Below are positions 9,820 to 18,935 of a stretch of DNA of 64,000 nt, in pieces. Numbering within the stretch: the first letter of the stretch is position 1; each line of letters starts with the position of its first letter. The translations under genes were made by a program, and so were the position numbers. Source of the DNA: an uncultured virus (IMG/VR IMGVR_UViG_3300020148_000038). Lineage: Duplodnaviria; Heunggongvirae; Uroviricota; Caudoviricetes. The notes under the pieces were generated by a model. It saw nothing but the letters and a program-made list of their open reading frames with translations, was not told the DNA's origin and made no database searches. The DNA lies in IMG/VR virus record IMGVR_UViG_3300020148_000038; one strand, given 5' to 3'.

Positions 9820-10290
9820 ATGTCCAATACAGTTCCCACAAGAATCACCCGAGTTGATGGAGTTGAGACTACGGTTCATAAGAAGGTCGAAGAGCCTTTG
9901 CAAGTACCTAATAGCAGAGTAAAGAATATTGTCGGATTCGCCGGACAAGGGGAATCTGGTAAGCAAGAGAAGCTGATTAGCAAATCTGATATTGTTGATA
10001 TCCTCAAAGGAAACCTTTTCCGTCAGAGAGGCAATGGACACCCTGGTGATTCTGAGTATGAGCTATCTCACCCACAGAATCCTAATGTTCGTCTCGTAGC
10101 CCGTACTGAATATAGAGGGGACGAGCCGAATCCTTCTGTAACCCTCTTCAGTGTGTTCGGTAGCAGCTTGATGGACGCAGATTCTTCACATGTCAACACC
10201 CAAATCAGTCTTGATCGAGTTAACAATATATACGTGCTGGATGCTGTCATTAAGGTTGTTGCACAAGAATTTAGTCACAGCGACATCTGA
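9820..10290 (+). CDS. Variant-leader protein (TRVDG type)
   Basis: MSNTVPTRITRVDGVETTVHKK; GTCG-N10-TAATTT at 9781-9800. Confidence 0.8.
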   Translation: MSNTVPTRITRVDGVETTVHKKVEEPLQVPNSRVKNIVGFAGQGESGKQEKLISKSDIVDILKGNLFRQRGNGHPGDSEYELSHPQNPNVRLVARTEYRGDEPNPSVTLFSVFGSSLMDADSSHVNTQISLDRVNNIYVLDAVIKVVAQEFSHSDI

Positions 10291-10293
10291 ACA

Positions 10294-10929
10294 TCATAGA
10301 TGTCTAATGCTTGGTCTTCTTCTCACGGCGGCCGAGAGTGAACCTATTGACAACATGCATACCAAGGTAAGCATTTCAATGGCAACAATCACTCCTATTG
10401 TTCCACCTGTGAATTGAGAACCGAATATGACAACGAGCGCTAATCCTATCACCGTGATAGCTCCCGACACCAAACTGACGGTCATCAAGAATCCGTAACC
10501 TGACTGCTGGGTATAGATTCTCTGGTTATGTAGTTTGATGTTATGCGCTGTTCCCAGTAGAGCTTTCGCATTGCTCCATTTGACCGCTCTCGTAATGGAT
10601 GCGATGAAAGATCCAATGGTCAACCCTGTTGCAAGCATTGGCATTATCATTAAGAAGCCACGAACCCTAACACCAGAAACGTTCTGGTTGACGATGTTGT
10701 TGAACTCTGAGATAAGAACAATGAACCCTATAGCGGAAACGATAGCCCAGGCTATTCCCCATAGTACGCTGTAAAGCGGATTCGTAATAATCTTGTTAGG
10801 GTCGTAAGACGCGGGAGATTGATATAGGGAGGCTGAATGTGATGGTTGTGGAGGCTGTGGGTATTGATATCCGGGTAAGTAGGTAGGATACTCTTGGGAT
10901 TGCTGGTTGGGCATATAGGGGTTGCTCAT
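10294..10929 (-). CDS. Membrane protein, about 4 TM, Pro/Gln/Tyr-rich N-terminus
   Basis: Four hydrophobic segments; TACAAT 6 nt before ATG. Confidence 0.8.
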   Translation of the reverse strand: MSNPYMPNQQSQEYPTYLPGYQYPQPPQPSHSASLYQSPASYDPNKIITNPLYSVLWGIAWAIVSAIGFIVLISEFNNIVNQNVSGVRVRGFLMIMPMLATGLTIGSFIASITRAVKWSNAKALLGTAHNIKLHNQRIYTQQSGYGFLMTVSLVSGAITVIGLALVVIFGSQFTGGTIGVIVAIEMLTLVCMLSIGSLSAAVRRRPSIRHL

Positions 10930-10987
10930 AGCTAGATTGTATCCAAATCCATCTGCGGTGTTGCCGGAAATGGATTCAATGTTCTCT

Positions 10988-11008
10988 GTCGTACTTGACC
11001 TGTATTAT
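10988..11008 (+). promoter_or_regulatory. GTC-class promoter (GTCG-N11-TATTAT)
   Basis: Upstream of GAGAGG RBS and ATG 11029. Confidence 0.65.
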
Positions 11009-11028
11009 TTCTTGTAGAGAGGTTAATA

Positions 11029-11901
11029 ATGTCCAATACAGTTCCTACAAGAGTCACCCGAGTTGATGGTGTACAGACAACGGTTCACAAGAAGGTTCAG
11101 GAAACCAACGCGAGTTCTGTCGAACGTGTGTCCAAGTTATCTCAAAATTCCTCCGAGAAGAAGGAGAAGAGAACCGTAATCAAGCCGCCGAAATATTTAC
11201 CTCGTGATATGGAAGACGATGTTATTGAGATAGGTGCGTCTAATGAGTCGGGACTACAAACGGTATATCTCAATGGTAGGGATATTGGACGCCTCAGTTC
11301 TGACGAAGAACGACAGTACAGCCAAATTGCCGGTTCTAGGCTGGTTAGCCCCGGTGCGGTTCGTAAGGTTTGGCGCGTAAGTGGTAGTACGCCAGCTATG
11401 GATGGGGTAAATCCTAAATATTACTCCGACCATGATTTTACAAGAGCAAACGCTTTGTACTCTTATGCTCAAGTTTTCAAGAGGTACTTAACTCGTTTTG
11501 AACAGGCGAAAGAGTATATCGAAAACGGTGGTATCTATTTTGATTTAGAGAATGGCAAGTGTATCGTCAGCGGGAAAGCAGAGCTTTCGCTTGATAGTGA
11601 GTACGGCATTAGAGTCGAAGTTCATCGTGATCCTGGGTTTGCGAATTCTCGATTGATAGTTCGTCCTTCACGTGAATCGCAACTCATGGCAACGCTGAAT
11701 TTCGATACTCCAAGCAATGCTGTTGTCTATTTGGGTAGGGATAGCAATTACCAAGGACGATATAAGTCTTTTGTGCTGGATGAAGAATTCAATCTAACTC
11801 TTAATGAAAGAGATAACTTGGACGACATAGATGACACGGAACGAGAGTTTATCGATAAAGTTAGGTTTGTTGTAAAAGAGGCTAATCGACTCAATCAGTG
11901 A
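11029..11901 (+). CDS. Variant-leader protein (TRVDG type)
   Basis: MSNTVPTRVTRVDGVQTTVHKK, nearly identical to the 9820 leader but with unrelated cargo. Confidence 0.85.
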   Translation: MSNTVPTRVTRVDGVQTTVHKKVQETNASSVERVSKLSQNSSEKKEKRTVIKPPKYLPRDMEDDVIEIGASNESGLQTVYLNGRDIGRLSSDEERQYSQIAGSRLVSPGAVRKVWRVSGSTPAMDGVNPKYYSDHDFTRANALYSYAQVFKRYLTRFEQAKEYIENGGIYFDLENGKCIVSGKAELSLDSEYGIRVEVHRDPGFANSRLIVRPSRESQLMATLNFDTPSNAVVYLGRDSNYQGRYKSFVLDEEFNLTLNERDNLDDIDDTEREFIDKVRFVVKEANRLNQ

Positions 11902-12616
11902 TTGATGCTGCCATGATAATGTCGATATCAATTCCTTCTTTCACCATATGAATTGCTGTGTCAATATCGATGTTAGCTATTTTTATGCATTTTAGAACGA
12001 GTTCATGGTTAAGTTTGTTGTTCAATATCTTTTTGATGTTTGACACATCATAAATACCATAGTCAAGCATTCTTCTGATTTTCAACTGTCGAGCTTTAGA
12101 CATTTTTCCTATCCGGCGAAAGAACGATTCCCATTCGAAGATGAAATGTCTCTTGGTTGTGTATTCCCACATTGAATATTTTTGGAGCGAGATGAGGTAC
12201 TTATCACTAATGGTGTAGTCATCGTAATGACTGTCATATCCCCACTCTTTCGTGGAGTTGAGCCAATGATTGAACTCAATCACCTCTATGACATCCCTGT
12301 TTGAGTCCCAGTTTTCTAAACGGGTTTCATCTTCGGCTACAGCTTTGTGTTTTTCGTCGGCTAGGTTAGTCATGAGGTCATGTCCTGGATTGGCAAGCCT
12401 TGCCTTCTTGACCTTCATCATTTGCTCGATGATAAAGCATGTTCGCGGATTCCCTATAAACACGTTTTGTTCCGTCATAGAGTCAATGACTTTTAGCATC
12501 TCCTTGCCAATAACATATCTAAGAGACTCTATAGGTTGAACGAAGGTTTTGCATGGGTAGGTGGTAAGTGTACGGTCAACAAGAACGTCAAGTTCGTTTT
12601 TATCTATCTCCGTCAT
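11891..12616 (-). CDS. C-terminal GIDxD-family protein
   Basis: Ends MVKEGIDIDIIMAASITD; tandem paralogue of 12647-13366. Confidence 0.85.
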   Translation of the reverse strand: MTEIDKNELDVLVDRTLTTYPCKTFVQPIESLRYVIGKEMLKVIDSMTEQNVFIGNPRTCFIIEQMMKVKKARLANPGHDLMTNLADEKHKAVAEDETRLENWDSNRDVIEVIEFNHWLNSTKEWGYDSHYDDYTISDKYLISLQKYSMWEYTTKRHFIFEWESFFRRIGKMSKARQLKIRRMLDYGIYDVSNIKKILNNKLNHELVLKCIKIANIDIDTAIHMVKEGIDIDIIMAASITD

Positions 12617-12646
12617 CTTATCTCGCCCTTTTGTTTATACGAGTCA

Positions 12647-13366
12647 TCAGTCTGTGAGCTTCCTTTCAAGAGAGTGAGGATAAATGCTCATAACCATATC
12701 CAAATCAAGTCCGCTTTTAACAGCGTCGATTGCCAGGTCAAGATTGCCGAGCTTGTTCATGTAGAGAGACAGAATCTCACTGTCTATCTTGTTATTGAGG
12801 ATTTTCTTGATGTCGGATACCTCATGAATACCGTAGTCGAGCATTCTCGTTATCTTCGCCTGTTGAGATTTTCTCATACCGATGATCTGCGGAAAGAAAT
12901 TCTCCCATTCTCCCTTCGATTCCCAATGCGAAACGCACGGCATTTCCTCAAACGGAAGAACATACTGATAAATAGAACCTCTACCTCGCTGTGGAACGGA
13001 CTGAAGCCAGGTGTTGAATTCAATGATTTTGATGACACGGCGTTTCTCGCTATCCCAGTTTGCAGAGCGGGTTCCGTCGCTGTCCTTCTGGGTTTCTTTC
13101 TTCCATCGTTCATAAGTGTCGATGAACCCCATCATGTGATAGTATTCGTCAAGATTCTTAGCTGTCAGAATCTTTTTGGATATATCAACAGGAAGCCAAC
13201 GAGACAGTTCCTCTACTTCACTCATCTCTGAGTTGTCTAGAAAATGCACGATGTTTTCAACAATGGAGAATATTAATGTTCCTGGCGAATTGACAAATGT
13301 ATTGGGAGGGTAGTGGGCAAGAATGTTGCCAGCCATAGATTCAAGGCTAGTTTTTGTCTTCAACAT
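12647..13366 (-). CDS. C-terminal GIDxD-family protein
   Basis: AVKSGLDLDMVMSI near C-terminus; shares NWDS..VI..IEFN.WL and RMLDYGI..VS.IKKILNNK with neighbour. Confidence 0.85.
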   Translation of the reverse strand: MLKTKTSLESMAGNILAHYPPNTFVNSPGTLIFSIVENIVHFLDNSEMSEVEELSRWLPVDISKKILTAKNLDEYYHMMGFIDTYERWKKETQKDSDGTRSANWDSEKRRVIKIIEFNTWLQSVPQRGRGSIYQYVLPFEEMPCVSHWESKGEWENFFPQIIGMRKSQQAKITRMLDYGIHEVSDIKKILNNKIDSEILSLYMNKLGNLDLAIDAVKSGLDLDMVMSIYPHSLERKLTD

Positions 13367-13402
13367 TTTCTTCTCCCCGAATTATCTATTCGTAACCAAG
13401 TA

Positions 13403-13431
13403 ATTCTATCATCTTTTGTATATTTATGCAA
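13403..13431 (-). promoter_or_regulatory. sigmaA-type promoter TTGCAT-17-TAGAAT
   Basis: Upstream of start 13366. Confidence 0.65.
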
Positions 13432-13638
13432 CTTGTGAAGTGAGATAAGAGTGTTCAAAGGGTCACGTAAATATGGTAGGCGTGCTGTTTAGATCCGTCA
13501 GAATGTGTTGACCTTTTCTTCTGTCAAGTTGAAAGTTTCCATAAATGCCGTATTTCCGCTGGCGACGAAAAATGTGAGTTTTCGGAATAGTCTATTTGGT
13601 GTCATGGCGAGTCGCGGACTACAATGGTGGCGTTCTTT

Positions 13639-13659
13639 GTCGGGGTCTTACGATATTAT
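13639..13659 (+). promoter_or_regulatory. GTC-class promoter (GTCG-N11-TATTAT), leaderless
   Basis: 6 nt before ATG 13666. Confidence 0.65.
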
Positions 13660-13665
13660 TGTGGT

Positions 13666-14292
13666 ATGAAGCGCGATCACCTCATCCCTAAATCAATTGT
13701 TGACAAGAACGGACATAAGCGTACTGTCAAAGTGAAGCCTAATGGCGGCAATGCCATTGTCACCCCAATCAGAGGCGGGTCTGTCCCTCCCACGCCTGCA
13801 CGTGAGGCGGTTTCGTTGGCAGAACGAATCAAAGACAGCGACGTTGAACTTAAGCGCTCTGTTGCCGCTCACCCTTCTTTAAGCGCCGAGATTGCTGAAG
13901 AGCTAGCCAAGAGTTCTGATTTCGACGTACTGAAAAATCTTGCAGAAAACCCTCGCACCCCACTTCACATTTTAGAGGGACTGGCACAAAGAAATACCGT
14001 CAACTTGTCCGTAGTTGATAACCCTAGTTCTTCGCTTCGTATTTTGCGAAGCGTGAAGAATATGAATGCCTTTGATTCAGCTTCGCACGATGCTTTTTCT
14101 GCGATTGAGGATAGATTTCCTCAGTTGAAGGATGCAGAGACAGAAGAGGATAGGGAGCGAATCGCTGGCGATCCTAACGCTACACCCTATGAACTAGCAG
14201 ACTTGTCTCGTGATGCTTCATTAAGGGTTCGTCAGGCTGTTGCTGATAACCCAAGTACGCCAATGTATGTTCTCAACAACATGCCTGCCTAA
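13666..14292 (+). CDS. DKNG-leader protein with LRV/HEAT-like repeats
   Basis: MKRDHLIPKSIVDKNGHKRTVKVKP; LAENPRTP, IAGDPNATP, VADNPSTP repeats; start re-assigned from 13624. Confidence 0.85.
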   Translation: MKRDHLIPKSIVDKNGHKRTVKVKPNGGNAIVTPIRGGSVPPTPAREAVSLAERIKDSDVELKRSVAAHPSLSAEIAEELAKSSDFDVLKNLAENPRTPLHILEGLAQRNTVNLSVVDNPSSSLRILRSVKNMNAFDSASHDAFSAIEDRFPQLKDAETEEDRERIAGDPNATPYELADLSRDASLRVRQAVADNPSTPMYVLNNMPA

Positions 14293-14325
14293 TAACACCG
14301 TATTGCAAAACATTTGGATTGATTA

Positions 14326-15699
14326 ATGAAGACTGCAAACACAATACCCACAACGATTGTGGATAAAAACGGAAAGAAGACAACTGTTCATGTAAACCCT
14401 CATAATTATTTCGCGAACGTTGGACGAACGAGGGGTCAGGTTGCCCCCATAGTTGGTGCGAATAAGTCTATTTCTGATTTGCTTGAAGAGCGTGCTTTAC
14501 TACATCTCAATATCAATCGAAATGTAGAGAAAATGGATAAAGACACGCTAGTCCGTAAAATTGAGCAAAGGAAGCGGTTAGACGAAGCAATAGAAGAGCA
14601 GCTATCTTCTTTATCAAGGGATGATTTCGATGAACCGGCAGAGTTGGATATCGTTATAGATTCTCATTTCGTAGACGAAGGAGTAACAAAACCTCGGTGG
14701 CATGACCAAGATATCGTTGTTGTGGGACAAAAGAGAAAGCTTGGTGAGGTATCCGGTGGGAAACTATTTCACGGTTCTCCGACCAAGATTGATGTTGGTG
14801 GGCTTATCTCCCCACAAGAAGAACGCAACTTCAAACAATCTTCCGATTCCGCGATAAGCATCACTTCTGATGTTGGCATGGCCGCACATTGGGCAAGAGA
14901 GGCTGCTAAGCCCAAGGACGACGAAAACAGCGTCTACATTTATGAGATAGAACCAACCGGCGAAGTTGAGGGCTGGCGTATCGGGTTGGCAAATCAGGGA
15001 AAGAATATCACTCTGATGGAAGGCAGGACACCATCAGGGAAGATTATCGCTGTGCACGAAATAGGGATGTCGGGCGAGGTGAAACTAGAAGACGCTCCCG
15101 CTAATGTTCGCTACGGATACAGCAATCTACTTTCCGACATAGATGAACAACGTGACAAACTGATTGATGATGCCATAGAGGTTTCTCGTGCATGGATTGA
15201 TACATGTTCGTCCGCCGAGATATCTGCACTGAGAGATTACACAAACAGTAGTGATGAATATGCTATCAAAAGTACATCAGGCAAACTTTCTCAGAAATGG
15301 ATTGATTTTGAATCTGCTGTTGACCGCGCACCACGTTTGAAAGAGACTTTCGTCTCCTATACGGGAGTCAATTCGTACTATGTCAACAACATACTTTCTC
15401 AGGCGGAAAACGGTGAGGTAGATATAGATCGCGTTCTTTCCTCTTCGCTTAATCCTGCACAGGTGAATGGTTTTGCTACTTCTGATGAATACGGTCGCAC
15501 ATTGGCTTTAGAGGTTGAGACGAACAAGGGTGCTTTCATGGATATCGTAAGCCATTCTCCGCACGAGATGGAGGTTATGCTGCCCAAAGGTAAATACGAG
15601 GTCATCGAGGTGCTAGAAGATGTCACTTATCTTTGGGGACGAGAGAAGGGTTTTGGGCGAACGATTGATAAGGTTCTTAGACTTCGTTTTGTGGACTAA
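14326..15699 (+). CDS. DKNG-leader protein with two ADP-ribosyltransferase-like domains
   Basis: Leader IPTTIVDKNGKKTTVHVNP; domain 1 LFHGS..ISITS..AAHWA..VYIYEIEPTG (Arr-like); domain 2 ALRDYT..YTG..LSSS..HEMEVMLP (VIP2/Alt-like ExE). Confidence 0.7.
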   Translation: MKTANTIPTTIVDKNGKKTTVHVNPHNYFANVGRTRGQVAPIVGANKSISDLLEERALLHLNINRNVEKMDKDTLVRKIEQRKRLDEAIEEQLSSLSRDDFDEPAELDIVIDSHFVDEGVTKPRWHDQDIVVVGQKRKLGEVSGGKLFHGSPTKIDVGGLISPQEERNFKQSSDSAISITSDVGMAAHWAREAAKPKDDENSVYIYEIEPTGEVEGWRIGLANQGKNITLMEGRTPSGKIIAVHEIGMSGEVKLEDAPANVRYGYSNLLSDIDEQRDKLIDDAIEVSRAWIDTCSSAEISALRDYTNSSDEYAIKSTSGKLSQKWIDFESAVDRAPRLKETFVSYTGVNSYYVNNILSQAENGEVDIDRVLSSSLNPAQVNGFATSDEYGRTLALEVETNKGAFMDIVSHSPHEMEVMLPKGKYEVIEVLEDVTYLWGREKGFGRTIDKVLRLRFVD

Positions 15700-16002
15700 T
15701 TAATTCCACAAGTGCCCTTTTCTTGCGAAACTGGCTATCAATATCCTATTTGTAACCACTTTTGGGGCAAACCGACCGACCGGTATGTTTTAATTGTCAT
15801 TAAATATGTGGTTGCATAGATACATATTCTTTAACTGGGGCGACCCACCAATAGGAGTGTAAATATGCAATTGGCGCTTTAGCTATTGACTAATGCATGT
15901 CGATTCATACATAAGACCCTAGGTTGGGGTACAAAATGAGTGCCGATAATTGAATTTAATTTTAGAAACATGGTTACATGGATAGTAAGGAGCTATTCAC
16001 AA

Positions 16003-18855
16003 ATGACAAATGACAAAGCCGAAAACTCGATAATGCAGACTATCTCAATTGCCGTTTCCGCAATTTTGATTGCTGCTGGACTTGTTACCGCGCCCGGTTT
16101 GATTAACAACGCGCGAGACAATAACGCACGCACCGACCTTGCGAATATCGCTTACGCACAAGAATATATCTTGGGCGTACAAGGAAAGTATTTCGATGGT
16201 GAATACGTCACCATCGAACAAGAGATGGATGGTGAGGGCATTACCAAGGCAGAAGCAACCAATAACCTCCAATACCTTGCATCTACCGAAGGCTTGAATG
16301 GATTAGGTACTTCTGTAGCGCTTGCTGACTCCAATGGTGGTGTTGCTTTCTCCGTTTCTGGTGATGTTTCAGGATGGGCTTCTACGGTTTGTGATACAGA
16401 ACCTTATTTTGTCATCAAAGCTCAGTCTGGCTCTGGTAAGTGGTTCTATCGTGGTTCTGGCTCTGGTTTGACTTCATCTAACTATGCCGACATCTATTCG
16501 AAAATTCCCTCTAAGGTATTTTCGGGATGTTCGAGCTTTGGTAGTGACTTCGAGGAAACTGACGGACAGAGCAACGAGCCTACTATCTGTGACACTACAT
16601 CTGACGGTTTGAAGGCTAACCCATCCATTTGGGATGCTGGTTCTTCTAGACTTGTTGATGGCTACGGCGGACAGTTGACCAGCGAATTTGGTGACGCGCT
16701 TGATCTTTCCCAACTCGATCAATACATGCCAGCACATTCAACCGTTGCAAAGGATGGAACCACATGGCAGCCAGGTCCGCAGACCGACCCGGATGATGTA
16801 TTCTTCTGTATCGGTAACGATTTGGTTCCTCACACCCTTGGAAATGAAGGATTCACTGTTAACGATTTCAGTTCAATGAGTGGACCTGTTCAAACTTATA
16901 TAGGCAACAACTTTAAGTTGTGTGAGGGTTGGGCATCGACCATGAACGCTTGGGCGCGCGACGGTAAGATGATTATGATGTTCGATGGTGTGCCAAACGT
17001 CTACTCATTGAGCACCGATTATGACCCAGTTTCTCCTATGGCTGGTGACCCCGGCTACCCCGCTTCATGTGCTGAAGAGGACTTGAGCAACGTTGATCCA
17101 GAATGCGCCTATTCTGGCGTCCCTGTCTCTTTGAATGGTAGCGGTGACCACATATACGGCTGGAGTCTTACTGCGCAAACAAGCTACCCAGTCAATCCAA
17201 ATGTTGAGCCTTACGCCACCTATCTTCCATTCCTAGCGGATGCAGAACCGGGCGTGGGTGATTACAACGTCACGGATTTGAAGTTATGTATCGAGGGAGA
17301 GCTTGTTCAGAATGTAACTTATGACGAGTATTCATACGCCACAAGTTATGTTGATATGGGCGGACCCGGACAGTTATATCTCAATGAACTGCTGTTCGAT
17401 GGAATCTCCAACGAGCGTATGAATGCGTTCGGAAACAGCGGAAAGATCATTTTCCACATGAATAATGGCGCGCAAAATGTTCTCGATATCAGAGGATCTG
17501 GTGAAGAAATTTCTCCGTTGGATGACGGGCTTCCATCTACACCGATAGCGCCAGATTGTTCTGTTGGAACAAATTATGCTGAACAGTACGGCGGAAACGG
17601 TCCTTACAACCCATCATCAGGTTACACCATTATTCACGGTGAATACAATATGACATCGAGCAGTTGGTTGTCGTTCTCCTGTTCGGGATACCCGATTCCG
17701 GAGATGACGGTAAGCGGTAACCTTCCTTCCTCCGCTATGAATTTGAATCAGCCATCTTCATGGTATGAAACGATGAACTATTCGTTAGATTTCCCATCAC
17801 AGGGTGCTCTAGAGGCGGATACTCTTTACGAGTTCCAAGTAACCTTCACCAATTCTGCTGGTTCATGGACTTCGGATGAATACACCCAAACAGTCAACGG
17901 TTGGGAATCTAAGAGTGTTCAGGCTTCTGGAAGTGTTGTAGGTATTACCGGAGACGGTGAGACGTTATTCGTTCAGAAAGCGGATGGCGTTTACGAATGT
18001 CCTGCTGCCTTCTTTGGAAATTGCGAAACCGGTAGGATTTCCACTTCTCCACAATCTAGAGTATATAGTTCTGATTCGACTTTGTTCGGTTATGTTGTGA
18101 GAACGTTTAGCGACAACAGCATCTCTCACTCTCGTCTTGCCGGAATGAACACAACGCTCTCTGGTATCGGTTGTGTTTACGATAACGACGCCAGAATTGA
18201 TGTTTCAAATAACGGAGAAACTGTTACCGTAGTATGTAAAAACTCTTCAGGTGCTCCAACATTGCACGTTTGGCAAAGTGGAGCGGGCTGGTTGACAAGA
18301 ACCCTACCAAGTGGATACAGCATGCAACTTGGTTATCACCACGTTGATGTTGCAAATGCGTCATTTATGGCGACTATGGTCGGGAACACCATCTACCTGA
18401 GTCATGATGGTGGCGTAAGCTGGAGTGCAAGCAGAACCATTTCCGAAAGCTTCTCTGGTGGTGACGCTTGTGTATTCGACACAACAAACTACAGCGGAAA
18501 TGTTGCGGCCTTCAGTTGTTACAGCAATTCCCGAAGCTATGTATATGTTACCTATGACGGTGGTACTACCTGGCTCAAGAACTCCTTCATGGGCAAGGCA
18601 TATTCACTTTCTGTAGATGATGAGAGAATCAACATCACCGACCATAGCGGAAACATCTACACAGGAGATCATGTATACCGTGGCTGGACTCCTGCCGATA
18701 GCTACTACGCATCAGCGTTCAACACTTGGACAACAAACCATCTTGGTGGCGTAAGCAACTTCGCATACGTCGGCAAGACTGGTGGTGTAATGCTTAGGTC
18801 TTCTGGAAGCAATGCATACATCGTATTTGAGTGGAGCGACCCAAGCCTAGTATAA
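16003..18855 (+). CDS. Pilin-like N-terminus family copy 2; duplicated middle domain, Ig-like and Asp-box C-terminus
   Basis: Conserved AENSIMQT..AYAQE; start after AAGGAG RBS; SHDGGVSW, TYDGGTTW. Confidence 0.85.
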   Translation: MTNDKAENSIMQTISIAVSAILIAAGLVTAPGLINNARDNNARTDLANIAYAQEYILGVQGKYFDGEYVTIEQEMDGEGITKAEATNNLQYLASTEGLNGLGTSVALADSNGGVAFSVSGDVSGWASTVCDTEPYFVIKAQSGSGKWFYRGSGSGLTSSNYADIYSKIPSKVFSGCSSFGSDFEETDGQSNEPTICDTTSDGLKANPSIWDAGSSRLVDGYGGQLTSEFGDALDLSQLDQYMPAHSTVAKDGTTWQPGPQTDPDDVFFCIGNDLVPHTLGNEGFTVNDFSSMSGPVQTYIGNNFKLCEGWASTMNAWARDGKMIMMFDGVPNVYSLSTDYDPVSPMAGDPGYPASCAEEDLSNVDPECAYSGVPVSLNGSGDHIYGWSLTAQTSYPVNPNVEPYATYLPFLADAEPGVGDYNVTDLKLCIEGELVQNVTYDEYSYATSYVDMGGPGQLYLNELLFDGISNERMNAFGNSGKIIFHMNNGAQNVLDIRGSGEEISPLDDGLPSTPIAPDCSVGTNYAEQYGGNGPYNPSSGYTIIHGEYNMTSSSWLSFSCSGYPIPEMTVSGNLPSSAMNLNQPSSWYETMNYSLDFPSQGALEADTLYEFQVTFTNSAGSWTSDEYTQTVNGWESKSVQASGSVVGITGDGETLFVQKADGVYECPAAFFGNCETGRISTSPQSRVYSSDSTLFGYVVRTFSDNSISHSRLAGMNTTLSGIGCVYDNDARIDVSNNGETVTVVCKNSSGAPTLHVWQSGAGWLTRTLPSGYSMQLGYHHVDVANASFMATMVGNTIYLSHDGGVSWSASRTISESFSGGDACVFDTTNYSGNVAAFSCYSNSRSYVYVTYDGGTTWLKNSFMGKAYSLSVDDERINITDHSGNIYTGDHVYRGWTPADSYYASAFNTWTTNHLGGVSNFAYVGKTGGVMLRSSGSNAYIVFEWSDPSLV

Positions 18856-18935
18856 ATCAAGGCTGCATAAAAACCTGCATCAGATTGTTACTAGAACGCG
18901 GTACAAAACATAAACAACATAAAGGAAAACAAACA

